A DNA stretch of 63,246 nucleotides, filler included, from Octopus bimaculoides (Eukaryota): NCBI RefSeq assembly GCF_001194135.2. It is 6 parts of 5 records of this genome, joined end to end, with 100 filler letters (N's around TTAATTAATTAA, not from the genome) between each part and the next. Parts side by side here need not be neighbours in the genome. Positions count along the whole stretch, not along the records: positions 1 to 13,055 come from NC_068987.1; positions 13,156 to 27,724 come from NC_069000.1; 4 more parts are not named here. One strand, given 5' to 3'. This document shows positions 11,899 to 24,915 of the stretch, piece after piece. The position numbers were made by a program, and so were the translations under genes. The notes beneath the pieces were generated by a model. The model had not been told where the DNA came from. It did no database searches and worked only from the letters and a program-made list of their open reading frames with translations. Each line of letters begins with the position of its first letter. The first letter of the stretch is position 1.

Positions 11899-12765
11899 AT
11901 TGCAGTGTATATGAATTAAAAATATGTAGGGACAGACCTTTAATATACTTCGTAGTATATTATGGTTGCAAAACGAAATACTGTTTAATTGCTAGCAATT
12001 AATATGCACATACAAGTTGCCAGGAATGTGTTTAATATATAAATTGGTCTATCCATTTGTGTTACGCAGCTAAATTTAGTGGGTATTTACGCAATGTGAT
12101 CGTGGATAGTTGATTGTTTGGATGCGGTGCTGATGAAAGAGCAATATGTTTTGAAATGTATATATACACCCATTACATATTTTTTCTATTTTCGATCGCA
12201 TTGCTTACATAAACGTATTCCTTTACGAAACATTGGAACTTGCAGTGCTGGCTCTGAACTCTATATGAAACCTATAGAGATAAACTTAAAAGTGTATATT
12301 TCTAATGTATCATTCTAACCTGAAAAATAACTCTAAAGAATTTAGGTGTACAAAATGCACGGTGACGTCATGTATTTCGCGTTCAACTTCTCTGCTATGA
12401 TACATGACCAGTTATATAATTTTAATTAGCTTTAAACTGCTGTAATACAGAATGCTAAGCGAGGACAATAGCCATAAATGTTTTTCTACATGTAAATAAA
12501 GCGATGGTAAAATAAATTTGAATTTGCGAAAGTAAGACTTACAAAAGCATAAAAACTCTTCGTTTTCCGGAGAATATTGTGAAAAGTGCAGAAAGCGCCC
12601 AGGCATCGCTGTGCTGTTAAAGAATTCACGGTACCTTAAGCAAGTGTTGCTTCTACTATGGCGCCAAGCCAACTGGTGCGTTGTGAGTGCGTTTGCTTGC
12701 CGAAACCTGTGTAAAAGTCTATCTATCTATCTATCTATCGATCTATCTATCTATCTATCTCTTCT

Positions 12766-13055
12766 CACGGACGTGCTGTCACATCGGCTGCGAAGGTAAA
12801 CGTTTATTTGACCTTTTACTGTCCACATTTTGTTGGAATTTTTTAATAATTTTGTTGCGAAGCACCTAGGCTTCATTTGTGTGTATTTTCAAGGGCAGGA
12901 ATTGACCCCCAGGGGCAGTTTCGGCCCTAGCAAAATACAAAAATTTCCTTCTTGACATTTGAAAAATGTCGAGAAACATAATTTTGGAACGCTTGTCTTG
13001 TTCTTTTGACAAGCATTTCCCGAGGCTTCAGATGCCAGAAGAGAAAAAAGAACAG
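12766..13055 (+). mobile_element. 5' UTR and ORF1 start of a second Tx1/L1-type LINE copy, running into a gap
   Basis: Homologous to the reverse complement of 30780-31028 (GACGTG.TGTC.CATCGGCT.CGAAGGTAA; GGAATTG.CCCC.AGGGGCAGTTTC; TTGAAAAATGTCGAGAAA). ATG at 12966 gives MSRNIILER versus MSRNVVIER. Confidence 0.85.
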
Positions 13056-13559
13056 NNNNNNNNNNNNNNNNNNNNNNNNNNNNNNNNNNNNNNNNNNNNT
13101 TAATTAATTAANNNNNNNNNNNNNNNNNNNNNNNNNNNNNNNNNNNNNNNNNNNNAAGTACCAAATTTAAAAATTAAATATTGTCATCGATTTCTTTGTC
13201 TAAACTCTCCACTGTTGTGCCCCAGAGTGGCCGCAGTCCAATGACTGAAATAAGTAAACGATAAAAGATATAGGTGTTGCCCTTCCTCATTTGAGTAACA
13301 AATAAAAACAACTTTATGTCTATTGAGGTTCTTGCAGTGAACGATTTAGTCAAGTAAGATCCGCACACTTACCAGAGTCAGAACAGTTATAGAGTAAGAT
13401 GGCTGCTAAGAATATAACACATTAGATTGTATTACGAACCAAATGAAGGAGCCAACAGGAGGTTCGGTAGAAATAGCAGTGAAATCTCCCTCCAATCACA
13501 TGTTCTACTGTCTTTAAATCAAAGAGCATTGTTTGAATAAAGTAGTCGTAGATATATTG

Positions 13560-13947
13560 GTAGAGGCGCAATGGCCCAGTGGTTAGGGCAGCGGACTCGC
13601 AGTCATAGGATCGCGGTTTCGATTCCCAGACCGGGCGTTGTGAGTGTTTATTGAGCGAAAACATCTAAAGCTCCACGAGGCTCCGGCAGGGGATGGTGGC
13701 GAACCCTGCTGTACTCTTTCACCACAACTTTCTCTCACTCTTTCTTCCTGTTTCTGTTGTGCCTGTAATTCAAAGGGTCAGCCTTGTCACACTGTGTCAC
13801 GCTGAATATCCCCGAGAACTACGTTAAGGGTACACGTGTCTGTGGAGTGCTCAGCCACTTGCACGTTAATTTCACGAGCAGGCTGTTCCGTTGATGGGAT
13901 TGACTGGAACCCTCGACGTCGTAAGCAACGGAGTGCCAGTGCCAACA
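13560..13947 (+). mobile_element. SINE family A, full length
   Basis: 10-bp TSD AGATATATTG (13550-13559 and 13948-13957). Confidence 0.92.
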
Positions 13948-14360
13948 AGATATATTGATACATTCCATGTATGGGAAAGAAAACAAAACAAAAACGGGTT
14001 GGTCAGTACTAGAACGCCTTTAATCATAAGTCTGTTCTATCATAAATAACAACATCAACAACAATAATAATATAGTCACAACAACCATAACAAAATAGTA
14101 TAATTTACCCCATCAGACACAACGGCAACCTACGTGAAGATGGAAACTGCAGACATCAAATGTCGTATATAATTCTCTTTCTAAATGTCAATCAGACTCT
14201 AAAAAGAAAAAAAAAATGGCAGTAAAAAGTTCTTTCTCCCTCGGGGCTCATATCAATTAGATGTATGCAGTTAATTAGAATGCAGTATATTAATTACTAA
14301 ACGCTGTATTTGATATTCTTACTAAGCGATTGTTGGTTTTCGAGAAAAATTGGTGTCTAT

Positions 14361-14760
14361 GGCACAGGCAAGACTGTGGTTATGAAGCTCGTTTTGCAAC
14401 CACGTAGTTTCGAGTTCGATTCCACTATGTGGTAACTACGGCAAGTTTCTTCTACAATAGCTCCGGATCGATTAATGCCTTGTGAGTAAATATGGTAGAC
14501 GGAAACTGTGTGGAAGCCCGTTGTGTGTGTGTGTGCATCTTTGTGTCTGTGTTTGACTTCCACACTACTTGAGAACCGGATTTGGCAATAAGTGGCATAA
14601 ATAGATTTGGCATAGCGGTTCAGTATAAGTGAACGATAAAATAATTACCAAGCTTAAAAAAGAGAATAAGTACTGGTGTTAATTTGTTTCAATCGAATCT
14701 CAGAAAGTGGTGCCCCAGTATGGCCGCAGTTCAGTGACTGAAAGAAGTAAAAGTATAAAA
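14361..14760 (+). mobile_element. SINE family B, degenerate
   Basis: Head with GAGTTCGATTCC, body GGTAGACGGAAACTG, tail CCCCAGTATGGCCGCAG. Confidence 0.7.
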
Positions 14761-15355
14761 GAACGACTAGAGCTAGGCTTATTAAAATAAACTAAACGTT
14801 TAGAAGTGTAAGAATCGGTGGAGTATATGACAAAATACCTTGTGCTATTTGGCTTCGAAAGTTCTTCGAGTTCATGTCTCATCCAGATTAACTAAGCCTT
14901 TCCCCCCCGCTTCTGAGATCGATAAAATAAATACCTGACAAAAATACTGAGATTGACATAATCGACTCTTGAAGATGATACCACAGAATGGCCACGATCA
15001 GTGACTGAAGCCAGTAGAAGAAGAATATGTAATATGTATAAGAATAAAATATAATTTCTATTATATTTTACAGTGGAATAATAAAAATATAATTTCTATA
15101 TAAAATGTGATTTTAAAGACGACGTTTATTTGAAAATAAGAAAACAGATACCTCAAACAATCATTCCAGGTTCTAAATACAAAGTTGATCCTCCCATAAG
15201 CTAATTTTGTCCCTGACGCTCATTTCTTGATTATGCGCTGCTGAAATTCGAGCGCATCTATCATGCCCATGCGTCTTTTGGGGCATCAAATACGGTTACT
15301 ACTCGTAACTACTCTGAAAATTATTATGCTTTTGTGAGCAATATGAATGTTTAAG

Positions 15356-15399
15356 GTGGAGGCGCAATGGCCCAGTGGTTAGGGCAGCGGACTCGCGGT
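15356..15399 (+). mobile_element. SINE family A head, running into a gap
   Basis: GTGGAGGCGCAATGGCCCAGTGGTTAGGGCAGCGGACTCGCGGT. Confidence 0.85.
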
Positions 15400-15499
15400 N
15401 NNNNNNNNNNNNNNNNNNNNNNNNNNNNNNNNNNNNNNNNNNNNNNNNNNNNNNNNNNNNNNNNNNNNNNNNNNNNNNNNNNNNNNNNNNNNNNNNNNN

Positions 15500-15576
15500 C
15501 GAACCGCTAAGTAACGGGGACATAAACACACCAGCATCGCTTGTCAAGCAATGATAGGGGGACATACACAGACACA

Positions 15577-15622
<46 letters not shown>

Positions 15623-15760
15623 CATATATACGACGGGCTTCTTTCAGTTTCCGTCTACCAAATCCACTCACAAGGCTTTGGTCGGCCCACGGCTATAATA
15701 GAAGACACTTGCCCAAGATGCCACGCAGTGGGACTGAACCCAGAACAATGTGGTTGATTC
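15500..15760 (-). mobile_element. SINE family B, partial
   Basis: CGACGGGCTTCTTTCAGTTTCCGTCTACCAAATCCACTCACAAGGC...GACACTTGCCCAAG. Confidence 0.8.
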
Positions 15761-16070
15761 GCACCCCAACAAGTTGTCCTCTGGAAATGACACAGGTCAT
15801 TCATTTTAACTTATTTAAATATAAATGTCTGCCATAAGGGGAAAACTGAGGGCTATATCTTGAAGTACAAGACATGCGATGATCACATGATGCATATGAT
15901 TACATGTATACAAACTAGAACAGTTTTGAATTTCTTGTATTAGCAATAGAAAAAAATGTTAACTAAAAAGTGGTCTGTCCATTATCAAACACAGTTATTT
16001 TCTCAATGAAGAGGTAACATACCGTCGGAGGTATTAACAGGAAATTTGTGAGTTGATGAACATCACGAGT

Positions 16071-16230
16071 GAAGGCGTATGGCCAAGTGTGATTGACGTG
16101 TTGCACTTCCGGTCACAAGATCGTGGTTCCGATTCTCGGAATCAGGCGGGCGGTTGCGTTCTTGAGCAAAGCACTTCAGTTCACGTCGCTCCAGTCGACC
16201 CAGCTTATAAATGAATAATCCTGCCACTTA
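16071..16230 (+). mobile_element. SINE family D
   Basis: GAAGGCGTATGGCC...TTCTTGAGCAAAGCACTTCAGTTCACGTCGCTCCAGTC; shared with copies at 18005, 33335, 36403, 48684. Confidence 0.7.
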
Positions 16231-18004
16231 CTCTATCGTTTTCTTAGGCCGAGCTGCTAAGTTACGGCAACCAAAGCAAACAAACACTGATTGTCAAGTA
16301 GTGGGGTGACAAATACAAACATCAACACACACACACACACACACTCACACACACACACACACACACACATACACACAAACACGCACACACACATTAACAC
16401 CAACACACATAGACACACACATACACACACATTAACACCAACACACACACACGCACGCACGCATTCACACATTAACACCCCCACACGCATTCACACATTA
16501 ACACCCCCACACGCACACACTCACGCTCACACACACAGAGTCAATACAAGCGTGGACATGGCAGAAACGGTAGTGCGACCTTCTGTATGTTTCACAGACT
16601 TTAGGTTCTTCAACCCAGGTCCTGAGTCTAAAATGATCTGAAATCAAGTTTACTTTGTTACCATTTAAGCGACTCATAAGCACCCACTTCACAACCAAAT
16701 GTGTTTCATGTCGTTTAAATAAAAGAAACCGTTAACAACAAAGCGAAAACTATAGCCTGCTGCTGATTTTAAATCTGTGAATGCGCAATCCATTATCTTA
16801 TTCACGATAATGTCGCCCCGTGTAAGGAAGTGAAATGGCTTCGACCGGATGCAGAAAGCTAATGTCTCGGACGCCATTTTCACTGAGCGCTTCAACTTCT
16901 TTATTTCTACTGCCATGACAAGATACTCATCTACGTACACGAGAGTGTCTTCCTCGTCTGACAGTTTTAGTGGCTTTCTCTAACATAGGAACATTTCTGT
17001 CAGAGAAACATTTGTCAAAATCTGGTATTGATTTGCACTTTTAAAATCAAAGCTAACAACACCGGTTTAAACGACATGTGCGAACACACGCACACCACTA
17101 AAAGAAAACTCTTACGCATATGAACATATTCACACATACACATGCACACATACACACATACTCACACAAAATCACACTCACAACACATATTCGCAGAGAG
17201 AAAGAGAAAACCTCTATACTATGTAGAGGCTTGCTAGATATAGCAGCTAAATCTCCCGAAAATCTCATTCGCTACGTTAACAAAGGAGCGTTTTGTCTAC
17301 GTCTTCTCACTTAAATCTACCTACCGGAAGTGAGCAAGGCTATATGGGAACACACACACACATTCACACGTAGGTACACACTGACACACACAAACAATCA
17401 CACAGACAAACACACACACACACGCATACGCACACACACATGCACAAACACACATGCACACTGAAGTATATGCAAGCACACGCACGAACGTACAGTTTCT
17501 TCTTTCGACCATCATAGACCTTTGCACACGAACACCTTTTCAGCTGATATTTTTGTTATTCTCGCAAGCACATGCAATAACATATTCACAGACAGACACG
17601 CATACACACATATAGATACCGTTTAAACTCGTCAATCTTACACGAAACTCGCTCGTTCCAATAGCTTTTACATCTACATTAACACAGAAAGAAACTTACT
17701 TTAAGATTCACACATACGTATTGTTTATGTCTCATTCAAAGATTCAAACATATTTACACATACAGACACATGATCCCACACATACTTTCCTTAGATAGAT
17801 ACACATTCACTATCACTCTCTTTCTCCTCTTCCTCCTCTCTTTCTTCTCCCCCTCTAACACTTCTCACTCTTCCTCTCTGACTTCCTCTCTCGTGCACTT
17901 TTATTTTTCTCTTTTCAGTAACCCGTTGCATGTAACTCTTTCACGCGTCACCAATATCACCATAAAATATACGTCTAACTTCTTCTAACAAGTGGAGCGC
18001 GTGA

Positions 18005-18180
18005 CTTAGTTGGTGAAGGGGTTGCATTTCACGGGTGTAAGATTATGGGTTCGATTCCTAGACCGGACGATGGATTGTGTTCTTGAGCAAAACACTTCAT
18101 TTAACGTTGCTATTGTCCACTCAGCTTGCAAACGTGAGTAATATGGTGAAGTCATGACAGCCCTGGTCAGGCTGTGATGG
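18005..18180 (+). mobile_element. SINE family D
   Basis: GGTTCGATTCC B-box and GTGTTCTTGAGCAAAACACTTCATTT body. Confidence 0.7.
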
Positions 18181-18239
18181 ATGATGAAGCTTCCAACAAA
18201 ACAAACAGAAGGCCTCGGTATGGAAGGGAAAGTCGAGAC

Positions 18240-18541
18240 CAGTGGTTCCCCAAGTGGGCAGCACTGCTTCACCCCCCTTTGGGAGAGGGGGGGCTGTGGA
18301 AAAATCCAGGGAGCGTTGAAGAAAATTGGGGCAATAATGAGGTGGCTAAAATGGGGGACGGATGTAAAAAAACCTCTCAAAATAATGGATTAATTCGATT
18401 AAGTTTTATTTGTGAAATACTATCGTTTTGAATTTGTCGTAGAAAGTGGTCTATATTTGTGGTGGTGAGTGGAGAATGGGGCACTAGTAACGTGGCCTGG
18501 TGCCAAGGGGGCGGCAGTCTGAAAACGTTTGGGAGCCACTG
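18240..18541. mobile_element. hAT (Charlie-like) MITE
   Basis: Ends CAGTGGTTCCCCAA...TTTGGGAGCCACTG; flanking octamers GTCGAGAC and GTCTATCC resemble the NTCTAGAN target. Confidence 0.75.
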
Positions 18542-18549
18542 GTCTATCC

Positions 18550-18736
18550 CAGTGCTCCGCAACCTTTTTTCACTTGCGGTACACTTATTTCTTTTTCAAA
18601 ATTTAGCGGCACACCTGAACTAAAAATATAACTAAAAGTATAAGGGAAAAAAATTATGTTCGGGTTACACTGCGGCACCCCTAGCATCGTCTCGTGGCAC
18701 ACAAGTAAGCCGCGGCATACGAGTTGCGGGACACTA
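18550..18736. mobile_element. Second hAT MITE
   Basis: Ends CAGTGCTCCGCAACC...GAGTTGCGGGACACTA; right flank GTCTAGAT. Confidence 0.7.
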
Positions 18737-18972
18737 GTCTAGATTGACAGGCCATAAGCCTACCCGGTGTTTGGTGTTACACTTTTACTTATTTTATCAC
18801 GCAGAAAGGGGGAGAGGCGGAGAAAGAAAGAGAGAGAGAGAGAGGAAGAGAAAAGGGTGAGTGTGAGAGACAGAGAGATAGCGGCGTACATTCGTTTGCA
18901 CAATTACATTTGTACGAACAGCTTTTAATGTCCGTCTATTTAACTATCTATTTATCAATTTATGTATGTGTA

Positions 18973-19010
<38 letters not shown>

Positions 19011-19400
19011 GTATGTATGTATATCTAAATCTCTTTATCTGTTTCTCTATGTATGTATGCATGTCAGTATGTATGTATGTATGTATGTATGTATCTATCT
19101 ATCTATCTATCTATCTATCTTCCTACCTAACCACCGTCCGTCTGTCTGTCGTCTGTTTATGTCTCAGACTCATTCATATAGTCACACAGAACCAAACACA
19201 CCTTCAAAAGTGTTCTCTCCCATTTCACACAAGCATACACACACATACACAGGTAATCGCACAAGTACACCACATTTTTTTGAAACGAACACTTAACATC
19301 GTATCTAGACACATTTTATATATTTTTTCTGTCCATCTTCATTCCTCTATCGCTTGCTTTCTCACACACAAATATACACAAGCACGCGCACTCATACAGA

Positions 19401-19434
<34 letters not shown>

Positions 19435-20139
19435 GTCATACATTCACACATACAGTCGCAAACGTATTTACAAACGTTATCATATGCAATCACTTATAAA
19501 TACACATTCGTTCGAATACACAAACACACACACACACACATAAAGTCACAACCATCTCTTTGTTTTCTCATGCACACAAACGTATATATATATATATNNN
19601 NNNNNNNNNNNNNNNNNNNNNNNNNNNNNNNNNNNNNNNNNNNNNNNNNNNNNNNNNNNNNNNNNNNNNNNNNNNNNNNNNNNNNNNNNNNNNNNNNNNN
19701 NNNNNNNNNNNNNNNNNNNNNNNNNNNNNNNNNNNNNNNNNNNNNNNNNNNNNNNNNNNNNNNNNNNNNNNNNNNNNNNNNNNNNNNNNNNNNNNNNNNN
19801 NNNNNNNNNNNNNNNNNNNNNNNNNTATATATATTTATATATATATACATATATATTTATATATATATACATATATATATTTATATATATATACATATAT
19901 ATATTTATATATATATATACATATATATATTTATATATATATACATATTATATATAAATATACACATACATATTATATATATATACATACGTACATATAT
20001 TATATATATACACACATATTACATATATATATATTTATATATATATATACATACATACATATATTATGTATATACATACATATTATATATATATGCATAT
20101 TATATATATATATACATACATATTATATATATATGTGTG

Positions 20140-20183
<44 letters not shown>

Positions 20184-22005
20184 CACATATACATACACAC
20201 ATAGATATATACAAAAGCTTACACGCACACAGACACGCACATACACATTCATATGCACACAGAGACAAAACGTTTTCTTCATCATACACGCTTATACATA
20301 TACAGACGCATATTTTGACAGAAATTAACTTTTATTGAATCTGTAGAGAACTAAAATTGATGGCTGTTTCAGTTGTATTACTGCCCTCCCCACCGACACC
20401 TGCTCTGAGTACGAAACTTTTTTCCTGTCACAGCTATTTATGGCTTCCGTATGCACACCCATATGGCTGTTATCAACTATATATAACTACCCGTACATTC
20501 ATACATTTATACTTAGGTACATGTAAATGCATCTACTTAACCATCACACGTCAAAATGTATCTTCGGATCAAATCGGAAACATGAAGCAAAGAGCATCTT
20601 AAGAAACGGAAAGGTACTCCTCCAAACGGAATATGAAGTGTTTCGGAGCAGCTGTTTAGCGCCGCTTAACTGGCGTCACTGATTCGGCGCTGACTTATTT
20701 AACGTTTTAATGTTTCAACTGTTTTTATGTTTCTCTTGTTTTTTCCTTCCCCCACTCTCTCTATTTATGTGTGTGTACATTTTTCTTTTTATGTGTACAA
20801 GGAGACAGAAAGTGTTTATGTCGATCGTGTTCAACTAATACATTGTAACGTCTTCCTCCCGCCCTCACTCTTCCTCTGTCTCTGTCTCTCTCGCACACTT
20901 TTTCCCTCTATGTCTATATTTTTGCGCGTGCGTATTTAGGTGAGTGTGTGTGTGTCTGTAGTTGTGTATTTGCCTCCTACGCCAACAAGTAATCGTCAAT
21001 AGAGGCTATACTTTCATTCAGACAACCAGAAAAAGTACAACTAATTAGAAATATCCAGTTACAATCCATTAACAGAATAGTAGAGATATGTAAAACATTC
21101 CAGAAGTTTAGACTATCGCGCATTCACATAAATACGTATATGTTCTCATACATACATACATACATACATACATACATACATACATACATACATACATGCA
21201 TGCATACATGCATATATACATGCATACATACATACATACAAAAGTCAAACGTACAAATATATACAAGTTATGTTATACGTCCATGTAAACCACCTGCATA
21301 TGCATACATATATACATGCCTATATATTGAGTTAGATACATACATACATACATACATTACATTACATATATAGAGGGAGATAAACACAGTTAAGCTTGAA
21401 ATAAATATATTTGCATGGAGTACAAAAAATGCAGAATAAGGTTAAAAAAATATGTAATTTCATAACTCAACAACTGTTTCAGGAAGCTCGGAGTTACGTA
21501 CTAATAATAATAATTTAATAATAATCATAAATTGCCGATGAAATATGCAAAATGTCATAGACATGTAACCGGTAACCAGTCGCATGAGGTATTTACCAAA
21601 TTCTTCTTGATGAAGGGAGCAAGACTTATTGTAATATCTTCATGTGAGTGATTACTGTTTATACACCCATGACATTTTGCACATTTCATCTGCGATTTAT
21701 GATTATTATGGTTATTACGTAAATCTGAACTTCCTCAAACAGCTGTCGAGTTTTGAAATTACATATTTTCTTATCTTATTCTGTATTTTTTCTGTGCTCA
21801 ATGTAAATATATTTATATCAAGCCTAACTTCGTTTGTTTCAATTTCTAGCTGCATAGCAGCTTTATATTTTATCGTCATTCTTGACGGTACGCACCTTGC
21901 AGTTTAGGTTCAAATTCTTTCGAGCACTACTATATGTTTCTTATACTGAGCATTCCCAGCTCCCACCTATTGTCTGTATACATTACATACATGAATACAT
22001 ACTAC

Positions 22006-23189
22006 ATGGCGTCGAAGTCAGTCAAGTCAGCACAGGAGAATATTCAAACTTTCGTTCAGTCAGTATTATCTCCGAATCTTTTGCTATTAACACAAGTCTG
22101 AGGACGGAATGGATTATTTTTTGCGTATAAACGTAAATAAGAGTCTGTCTAGAGAAAACAGTAGCAATAGTATTAAACGATAGAATTAAGCTGGTATGTA
22201 ACACGACCCTTATTAATACATATGCCATAACAAGAAACGAAACCACGGATAAGCTTTCGCAGGTCGCACAACTATTAAGAGAAATTGCAGTGAAATTTGA
22301 GCTGAATCTAGAACAGCACCAATTATACCAGGACGTTATATAAAATCCCTCAACCGGTTACGTGAAGAGGGATAATAGTTACCGGCATAAAAAGCATCCA
22401 GAATACTTGGATTTCTTACTTAAATTTCTGCACGAAGTCTTTGCGCCATAAAGCTGCAATCGTTAAGAAGAAATATGCAAATATCTCTAGTAAAACCAAT
22501 CATTCATGATGTATAGTAAAAAAACGTGAGCCCCGACTAAAACAGTGACACAGAACAGGATTGCCGTCATTGCATGGTCACACTGTAGACGCTTAAGAAC
22601 AAATAGAAATGAGTAAAGAATAGAAGCAGTACGGACGCATTTCACAGTATGACTTCAGTATTTGCATCGACACACCATTAAATGAAGGAACTATTATAGC
22701 ACGACTTCGCGGAAAACCTACTGACTTGATGTTATCAGTGATCGATCGAATTGCCAAAGAACACTTAGCATAAATTGAAACTCTGTTTTTGAACAATATT
22801 GAGTGCCTTACTGTATTTTGTTACAATTACTATTCGGCAACAGATGGGAGGATCTGAGATCGGACGAGATGATAACATAGAAACAAAATGGATTCTCTTT
22901 AAAAAAAAACAAAAAGCAAAAAAGAAAAGAGAAAAGAACAGTCATCGAAAGACTACGGCAAAACATTGATCAGTTGGATACTTTCATTAGAGGTGAAGTC
23001 AATAATGGATTCATAAACCTCCAGCTAAGACATTTTGACAGACTATCGAAAATCTACGGGAACTGTCTACAGGAAACTCTCAAAGTTAAACTAATAGCTC
23101 TTAAACACGAAGTCGAAATTTCTTTATCAAACCGAATTACAAGAACGCAGAACTATCAACTGCAAGTTTCCGCTACACCCACAACCTGA
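22006..23189 (+). pseudogene. Possible decayed intronless ORF of unrecognised family
   Basis: Long near-open frames: MASKSVKSAQENIQTFVQSVLSPNLLLL (22006); VCLEKTVAIV...FLHEVFAP (22143-22448, one internal stop); KQYGRISQYDFSICIDTP...ATDGRI; KRTVIERLRQNIDQLDTFIRGEV...(~22932-23189). Confidence 0.35.
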
Positions 23190-24164
23190 ATATCACAGCA
23201 TGAAAGGCCATGCTAGCTATGTTGTAAATTGTTATCCCTAAGATGTTCTCGAGTTATTCTGGAGGAGGATGGATTTGAAATTCAAATAAGCAGCACAACT
23301 GCAATGATTTAAATTAGTTCAGAAGGGAATAATGTACAAGAACCAATCCTAAAACATACGGCATCTTTGGTGATACTCTCTTGCTACTTGTTGCAAAACC
23401 GTCGAAATGGATGGGTGTCGCCTAATAGCTGGATATTGGGTATAAAAAGCTCTTGTTAAAATGTCAAAAAAAAAAAAAAAGCTTAAAAGAAAACGAAAAA
23501 AATTGGTGCTTAGCTTGATGTTATAGATAATAGTATTTAATTACCAAGAAACAATGAAACAGTTTAGAAAAAACACAAGCCTACAGTATATTTAAAGATT
23601 ATATATTAAACTTTAAGTGGCTTGAGTATGTTTCTTCAAGGTCACTACGAAACAAATAACATAGCAGTTCATGAGTACTATGTTATTTGACGTTACTACG
23701 AAGTAACTAAAGTTTTAAAACTAACAATATATTATTCATTATGGAAGAGAGGGAGGAAGAAGGAAATAATTTGGATAAGAGAAAGGTGAGAAGGTGAAAG
23801 AATTTTACTAAGAGGAAACCATTTTTTGTTTATACTTCATTAGTTGGGCTGAACGAGAAGTAAGCTTAATTTTATATTTACTTATACATTGTTAAGTACA
23901 TTTCCAAGTTATACTTTTATTCCAGCGAAAATAATTATCGCAGCGTAAACAAGATCAATTGGGTGTGATGGTCCATTCTTGTCAGAACTTCTGTCTAGGC
24001 CAAAGATGCTCTTACATAAAGCTTGATGATCGTGCAGCTTCTGGTCGTCCTAGACAATGCTGGGCCACCGGGAGAGAAACTGTTATTTGAAAAGCGAGTG
24101 CAGATCTGTGTACACTTCATTCACTATAATCAACTTTACGCTGAGTATGAAGCAGTGAGCCTGT

Positions 24165-24355
24165 AGAGTCGTTACCGTGCCGGAAAAATTCTTAGCAGCA
24201 TTTCTTCCGACTTATCTGAGTTCAAATGCCACCGGGGTCGACATTGCCTTTCATCTTTTCAGGGTCGAAAAATAAGTACTAGTTGAACACTGGGGTTGAT
24301 GTAATCGACTTGTCCTCACCACCGAAATTGCGGGCCTTGTGCCAAAATTTGAAAT
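24165..24355 (+). mobile_element. SINE family C
   Basis: GAGTTCAAATGCCACCGGGGTCGACATTGCCTTTCATC...CTGGGGTTGATGTAATCGACT. Confidence 0.7.
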
Positions 24356-24744
24356 CAGTTTTACGTTGAGTAACTTCTTTGGTGAACACTTTATGGATAA
24401 GCAAAGTTCGGCGGCGATGGAGTCAGAGAAACACACAGGCTCCTACATGAATGTAGTTGGTTTGGGGTACGTAGTGTTTCTTTTTCAAATTGTGGCGATG
24501 GCGAAACTCGGTAGTTCTTCGAATGAATGACTAGCATTTTTTAAATGATCCTACTGCTCACCTGTTAGTCAGGAAAAACATCATAAAGGTGATCTGCAAA
24601 ACAAAGCTTACCTAATTCTGGAAATGACCAAGAACTTTGCAGCTGACCGTTGTTCTTTCTTTGCGGGTTCCATAGTTACACCCAAGAAAAGTACCACTTT
24701 CCAAGAAGTGATCGTACTTGGGTACAAGCTGTCTTCCGCCATTT

Positions 24745-24915
24745 ATGTATGTATGTATGTATGGATGGATGGATAGATGGATGGATGGATGGATAGATGG
24801 ATGGATGGATAGATGGATGGATGGATAGATGGATGCTTGCATGCATGTATGTATGTATGTATGTATGTATGTATGTATGACGGCATGTATGTATGTGTGT
24901 ATGTATGTATGTATG
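24745..24915. repeat. Compound (ATGT)n/(ATGG)n microsatellite
   Basis: Direct inspection; forms the 3' flank of the R4-like stack. Confidence 0.95.

Noticed and set aside
12130-12165. CTGATGA...GAAA hammerhead-like spacing
   Set aside because: Stem II is weak and no stem I pairing is present.
12363-12370. Perfect CRE palindrome TGACGTCA
   Set aside because: A single 8-mer is expected by chance in a window this size.
13100-13111. TTAATTAATTAA islands between N runs (also ~27769, 36746, 49482, 54255)
   Set aside because: Identical 12-mer with stops in all frames, always inside gaps: an assembly spacer, not biology.
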